Shown here: positions 59,724-64,000 of the stretch, one piece after another
Layout of the letters: every line of letters starts with the position of its first letter
Numbering within the stretch: position 1 is the stretch's first letter
Assembly (NCBI GenBank): GCA_048885865.1
Contig: JBHLLF010000011.1
Span: 18,920 to 82,919, forward strand
Source of the DNA: Candidatus Hermodarchaeota archaeon
Lineage (GTDB): Archaea > Asgardarchaeota > Thorarchaeia > Thorarchaeales > Thorarchaeaceae
Length of the DNA: 64,000 nucleotides
Direction: 5' to 3'
Notes under the pieces: generated by a model
Told to the model about the DNA's origin: nothing
Databases searched by the model: none
Seen by the model: only the letters and a program-made list of their open reading frames with translations
Made by a program: the position numbers and the translations under genes

Positions 59724-60866
59724 TTGAAGGTCCTTGTTCTTGGTGCAGGTCTGATGGGAAGAGGCGCCGCTTACTATCTTGCACACACAGACGGAGTAGA
59801 GCAGTTCATAGTCGCTGACATCGATGAGAAAGCCGCTAATGCTCTCGCTAAGGAATTTGGCGACAAGGCGGTTGCCGAGAAAGTCGATGCAAGAAATAAA
59901 GGTCAACTAATCTCCCTCTTCTCGAGGGTTGATTCTGTCATCAGTGCGATTTCCTATACTGTCAACGCGCTTCACACTGAAGTTGCCATAGAAACTGGAG
60001 CTCACATGGTGGACCTAGGCGGGAACATTTTCGTCCACGAGAAGCAATTTGCAATGCATGATAAGGCGAAAGAAGCAGGCGTCACTGTGATTCCGGACAT
60101 TGGGCTGGCGCCTGGAATGACCAATGTCTTGGCGAGGGCGGGCATTGACCAACTCTCTAGAACTGAATCGGTCCAGCTACGCGTGGGAGGTCTTCAGCAG
60201 GATCCACGACCCCCGTTGAACTACTCTCTCATCTTCTCTGTGGAAGGCTTGATCAACGAGTATGTCGAGCCATGCCGAGTTCTTCGAGATGGAAAAATCG
60301 CTATGGAAGACCCACTTATTGGATTTGAGGAGCTGGAATTTCCTGAGCCCTTTGGAAAGCTGGAGGCATTCAATACAAGCGGCGGTACATCGACATTGCC
60401 TATAACATATGAAGGGAAGATAAGCAATCTGGATTACAAGACCATAAGGTACCCAGGTCATGGACATAAGATGTGGTGCATTTACAAGCTCGGTCTCATG
60501 GATAGTAACGAGATGGATTTCGAAGGCGTGAAAGTAGCACCACGCAAAGTGCTAGAGCGGCTTCTTGAGAAGAATCTGCCGCCAACTGGTAAGGACGTGA
60601 CTCTTGTTCGTTGCACTATTGAAGGCTGGAAAGGCACAGAGTCAAGAAAAATCCAATATCAGCTCATTGACTACTTTGATGATGAAACTGAACTCACCTC
60701 AATGATGCGGACGACTTCATTTCCAGCTGCTGCGGTAGCTGTGATGTGTGCAGATGGAACTATCACCGAACGGGGAGTCCTTGCACCTGAGGTGGCAATA
60801 CCTCCGCAAGTCTTCATTGAAGAAATGCGTAACAGAGGGATTGAGATCGAAGAGAGAGCATTCTGA
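59724..60866 (+). CDS. Saccharopine dehydrogenase / lysine 6-dehydrogenase family
   Basis: VLGAG.MG, GLAPG, VGGL, FSVEGLINEY, YKT.RYPGH, M.RTT. Confidence 0.9.
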   Translation: MKVLVLGAGLMGRGAAYYLAHTDGVEQFIVADIDEKAANALAKEFGDKAVAEKVDARNKGQLISLFSRVDSVISAISYTVNALHTEVAIETGAHMVDLGGNIFVHEKQFAMHDKAKEAGVTVIPDIGLAPGMTNVLARAGIDQLSRTESVQLRVGGLQQDPRPPLNYSLIFSVEGLINEYVEPCRVLRDGKIAMEDPLIGFEELEFPEPFGKLEAFNTSGGTSTLPITYEGKISNLDYKTIRYPGHGHKMWCIYKLGLMDSNEMDFEGVKVAPRKVLERLLEKNLPPTGKDVTLVRCTIEGWKGTESRKIQYQLIDYFDDETELTSMMRTTSFPAAAVAVMCADGTITERGVLAPEVAIPPQVFIEEMRNRGIEIEERAF

Positions 60867-60938
60867 AATATAACATGAAAGTCAGTTCAGGGAAATGTTA
60901 TCAGGCAGTCGGATACCCTAGTCGTTTGGGGAATCAAC

Positions 60939-62162
60939 TTGGGAAAGTATGATCGTATCTATGAGAAGATACTCGATGCACGTGAGGCTCTGAAAGGAAT
61001 CAAGCATGTCACTAGACTTGATCATTCGACTACATTTAGCCAAATGACTGGGGGCAATGTGTATCTCAAACTTGAGAATCTCCAGAAGACCGGGTCTTTC
61101 AAGGTAAGAGGTGCCGCTTATGCAATGTCCCAGCTGAACGACGATGAGAAGAAAGCTGGAGTCATAGCAGCATCTGCTGGAAATCATGCGCAAGGAGTTG
61201 CATATGCGGCGAAGCGACTGGGTCTGAAGTCTACTATCGTGATGCCGCGTTTCTCGCCAGTTGCGAAGATCCAAGCAACTCAGGGCTATGGCGCCAAGGT
61301 AGTTCTTCATGGAGATGTGTTTGATGATGCATTAGCTCATGCTAGAGAGACCGCAGAAGTGAGTGGTGCAACCTTTCTTCATCCTTTCAATGACGAGAAT
61401 GTGATTGCTGGCCAGGGAACGATAGGTCTTGAGATTCTTGAAGAACTTCCTGAAGTGGATGTAGTGGCCATCCCTGTAGGAGGTGGAGGTCTCTCAACCG
61501 GAATTGCTATTGCAATAAAGGAGCAAAAACCCGAAGTGGACATCTACGGAGTTGAGGCTGACTCTGCAGCATCCATGAAGGCGTCTCTAGAAGCAGGTCG
61601 AATCACAAAGGTCGAGGGCTTGGACACTGTGTGTGACGGGATTGCAGTGAAGAAACCAGGACGTCTGACATTCAACATCGCAAGAGACCTTCTCACAGAT
61701 GTCGCTACTGTCCAGGAGCTAGAAGTCACGAGGACGCTATTCCTTTTGCTTGAACGTGCCAAGATTGTTGTGGAACCTGCTGGTTGCGTCGGACTAGCGG
61801 CGTTCCAGCATGGACATATCGATATTAGAGAGAAGAATGCTGTTGCGGTGTTATCAGGGGGAAATATCGACATGAGCTTCATGGCAAGAGTCGTGGAGAA
61901 GGAGTTGTTCCGACTTGGACGCAATGTCAGAATAAAGGGAGTGATTCGCGACCGAGTTGGCAGTCTGAATCAAGTACTCACCATGGTAGCTGAGTCAGGT
62001 GTTAGTGTTATTGAGATTGTCCAAGACAGGTTCGACCCAGACATTGCACCAAACAAAAACGAACTGAAGATGGTCCTTGAGGTTCCTGATGAATCAGCAG
62101 TAAGGAATCTATTCAAGCTATTCAAGAGAGCATCTCTAAAGTTTGAGATATATGACGACTAG
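60939..62162 (+). CDS. ilvA: Threonine ammonia-lyase with a C-terminal ACT domain
   Basis: KLENLQKTGSFKVRGA, SAGNHAQG, HPF, GQGT, GGGGL, SGGN. Confidence 0.93.
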   Translation: MGKYDRIYEKILDAREALKGIKHVTRLDHSTTFSQMTGGNVYLKLENLQKTGSFKVRGAAYAMSQLNDDEKKAGVIAASAGNHAQGVAYAAKRLGLKSTIVMPRFSPVAKIQATQGYGAKVVLHGDVFDDALAHARETAEVSGATFLHPFNDENVIAGQGTIGLEILEELPEVDVVAIPVGGGGLSTGIAIAIKEQKPEVDIYGVEADSAASMKASLEAGRITKVEGLDTVCDGIAVKKPGRLTFNIARDLLTDVATVQELEVTRTLFLLLERAKIVVEPAGCVGLAAFQHGHIDIREKNAVAVLSGGNIDMSFMARVVEKELFRLGRNVRIKGVIRDRVGSLNQVLTMVAESGVSVIEIVQDRFDPDIAPNKNELKMVLEVPDESAVRNLFKLFKRASLKFEIYDD

Positions 62163-63919
62163 ACAAGTGGCATGGAATTTACCAGTATCCAGGAATAAAG
62201 GAATGCATTAACGAATATTGCCGGCCATGGATTCTTGAATCTTGATGATGTCAAGAACAAGATGAATGTGGCAGCTGTAGAAACAATTACAAAGTAGAGC
62301 AGTAGAAGTCCAAGAACAACTGACGGTCCTGCAACAATTCCAAGAAAAGCGCTACCATAGGTCATTATAATAGCAAAGGCCGCCAAAGGAACCAGTCGCA
62401 AGATGAAGGCCATTGCCACCTCTTTGAATTGCTGCCGGAAGCTATCCCAAGCCTTGGCTGGTAGGAGTAAATCAGACCATAGAGCATCTGCAATTGAGAG
62501 GGGCAATGCAAAAATCACCAAAATCAAAATTCCCTCCAACCTTTGGTCGATTGGGATACGCAGAATTGGCAGGATGATAGTGGTTTCAGTCAAATCCCCT
62601 AATCGCATCCATATCGTCAGCCAAAGAATACAGATCAGAGTTGGCAAAATTGCACTGGCAGATGCCTTAAGCAGACTAGATGGATTCCCTGATTCATATC
62701 CAAGTCCATTCAGTAGCTGCCGCAGGGTTTGCTCTTTGAGAATAAGCATCAGAAATAGAACTAAGGCTAAAGGCCATAATAGGAAGAAGACAATCAATCC
62801 AGAAGAATTATAGATATTTAGCCATAGAAAGTCCGGATCCCCTGTTGCTTGAAAAGAATAGCCAGTGAAGGCATAAAGTGTCACCATCATAGCCGCCAGC
62901 GAAATACTGACCATTGCTGCTAGCTTGGGAGGAACCCGAGTTTCTTCACATAGAATCGGTCGCGCACTAATTCGTTTCGGAAGATGCTCAGAAATAATGA
63001 TGAGCAAGGGAATGAGTGAAGCTAGCAGTGAGAACGCTCCAACCACATAAGCGATTGCTCTGTTTTTGTAGACAAGGTCATAGGTTCGGAAATAGGGTCT
63101 CCAGAACTTCAGCGTGTGGATGAGTTGGTCTTCTCCTTGGAGCGCTTGTATCATCCAAGTCACGGATTCGATGACTATCAGCTGATCACTGATCTCGGTT
63201 ATGTGATTTGAACCACCGAGTATTAGTCTATAAGCTGTCCCCTCCGTCAGATTCCCATAAGTTACTCCTGTTTCTGCTGATGAATTGCCAGTAATGGATT
63301 GGAACTCTGTTAGGAGTTTTCCTGGAGGTATTAGCTCGTCAAACTGGCCAGACGCGAGGAGCGTATTAGCTGGTATTGACACGACCTCATCAATCCAGAC
63401 AGGACCCACGGCTACAAGTGCCTCTGGTGGCGTGGGCTGATCATACATGGCAAGGCCCACCTGCCACCCGAGTGAGTGTCCAATGACACCATAGACTCCT
63501 GGAGCAGTGCCCGAGTAATTTTGCCAGACATACTGCAGTGCCGCGAAGCAATCATCGGCGAGTCTATCATAGTTATCCCATTCGAATAGGACGCCTGAAT
63601 CTCCATGCCCTGCCAGGTCAACTGAAACGACAGTGAAGTTCCGTCTTGCTAATTCTATGTTGAAAGCATACATGCTCTCCTTAGACCCACCAACCCCATG
63701 AATTGTTAGAACTACGGGCATAAAACCAGAATAGGTGTGTTCTCTAGGTGTATACACGGTGAAATTGATGTTGCGTCCTGGCTCAACCTCAATACCTGTT
63801 CTTTCCAAATCGATTGTTCCTTGACCGCTTTCTGCAATCCAAGAAAGATACAATGAGGATGCAATGAGGATTGTTAGGATGAACAGTACGTAGTAATGCA
63901 CACGTCTGTCTAGAGCCAT
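62159..63919 (-). CDS. Alpha/beta hydrolase fused to a polytopic membrane domain
   Basis: HG.GG, DLAGHG.S, GHSLG nucleophile, D and H triad candidates; several C-terminal TM. Confidence 0.85.
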   Translation of the reverse strand: MALDRRVHYYVLFILTILIASSLYLSWIAESGQGTIDLERTGIEVEPGRNINFTVYTPREHTYSGFMPVVLTIHGVGGSKESMYAFNIELARRNFTVVSVDLAGHGDSGVLFEWDNYDRLADDCFAALQYVWQNYSGTAPGVYGVIGHSLGWQVGLAMYDQPTPPEALVAVGPVWIDEVVSIPANTLLASGQFDELIPPGKLLTEFQSITGNSSAETGVTYGNLTEGTAYRLILGGSNHITEISDQLIVIESVTWMIQALQGEDQLIHTLKFWRPYFRTYDLVYKNRAIAYVVGAFSLLASLIPLLIIISEHLPKRISARPILCEETRVPPKLAAMVSISLAAMMVTLYAFTGYSFQATGDPDFLWLNIYNSSGLIVFFLLWPLALVLFLMLILKEQTLRQLLNGLGYESGNPSSLLKASASAILPTLICILWLTIWMRLGDLTETTIILPILRIPIDQRLEGILILVIFALPLSIADALWSDLLLPAKAWDSFRQQFKEVAMAFILRLVPLAAFAIIMTYGSAFLGIVAGPSVVLGLLLLYFVIVSTAATFILFLTSSRFKNPWPAIFVNAFLYSWILVNSMPLV

Positions 63920-64000
63920 TGATCACCACGTCTTTTATTCTAGCACTCGCAGTCAGTATAACGCGATGCTATCAGCCAGTGAGATAAGCCTGACGGTCTT

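Noticed and set aside
1-64000. CRISPR arrays, tRNA/rRNA genes, IS elements, integrases
   Set aside because: None recognised by eye; the short repeats found are operators or intragenic domain repeats. tRNAscan-SE/Infernal would be needed to exclude small RNAs fully

Overview
Gene-dense archaeal DNA that looks like an Asgard archaeon, probably Thorarchaeia. This is inferred from an archaeal-type ThrRS, three Rab-like small GTPases, longin-like and PCI-like proteins, GGTGA/GAGGT ribosome-binding sites, many TTG starts, and expanded NosD/beta-helix surface proteins with Thr-rich linkers and C-terminal anchors. I found about 55 credible CDS and no rRNA, tRNA, CRISPR array or transposase. Main blocks: (1) a xenobiotic/DNA-damage region at 5.7-14.6 kb (two GyrI-like proteins, nitroreductase, an Fpg/Nei-like protein lacking Pro1, Xth), plus YcaQ and UvsE elsewhere; (2) a copper-efflux locus (YHS chaperone, PadR-TRASH regulator, CopA with two C-terminal YHS domains) whose operator can be read from the sequence; (3) tandem Rab-like GTPases; (4) a molybdopterin oxidoreductase with a 2[4Fe-4S] ferredoxin inserted in its last domain; (5) thrS and amino-acid catabolism genes. 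The best candidate for an undescribed system is 51.2-54.2 kb: a Rab-like GTPase, a C3H zinc-ribbon protein, a longin-like protein and a membrane protein that appears to be a 7TM+1+7TM duplication, i.e. a possible receptor-GEF-GTPase module. Also notable: a probable ATT start codon, an unannotated 41-aa ORF behind tandem operators, and several candidate structured RNAs. All calls come from reading motifs by eye; no database searches were run.
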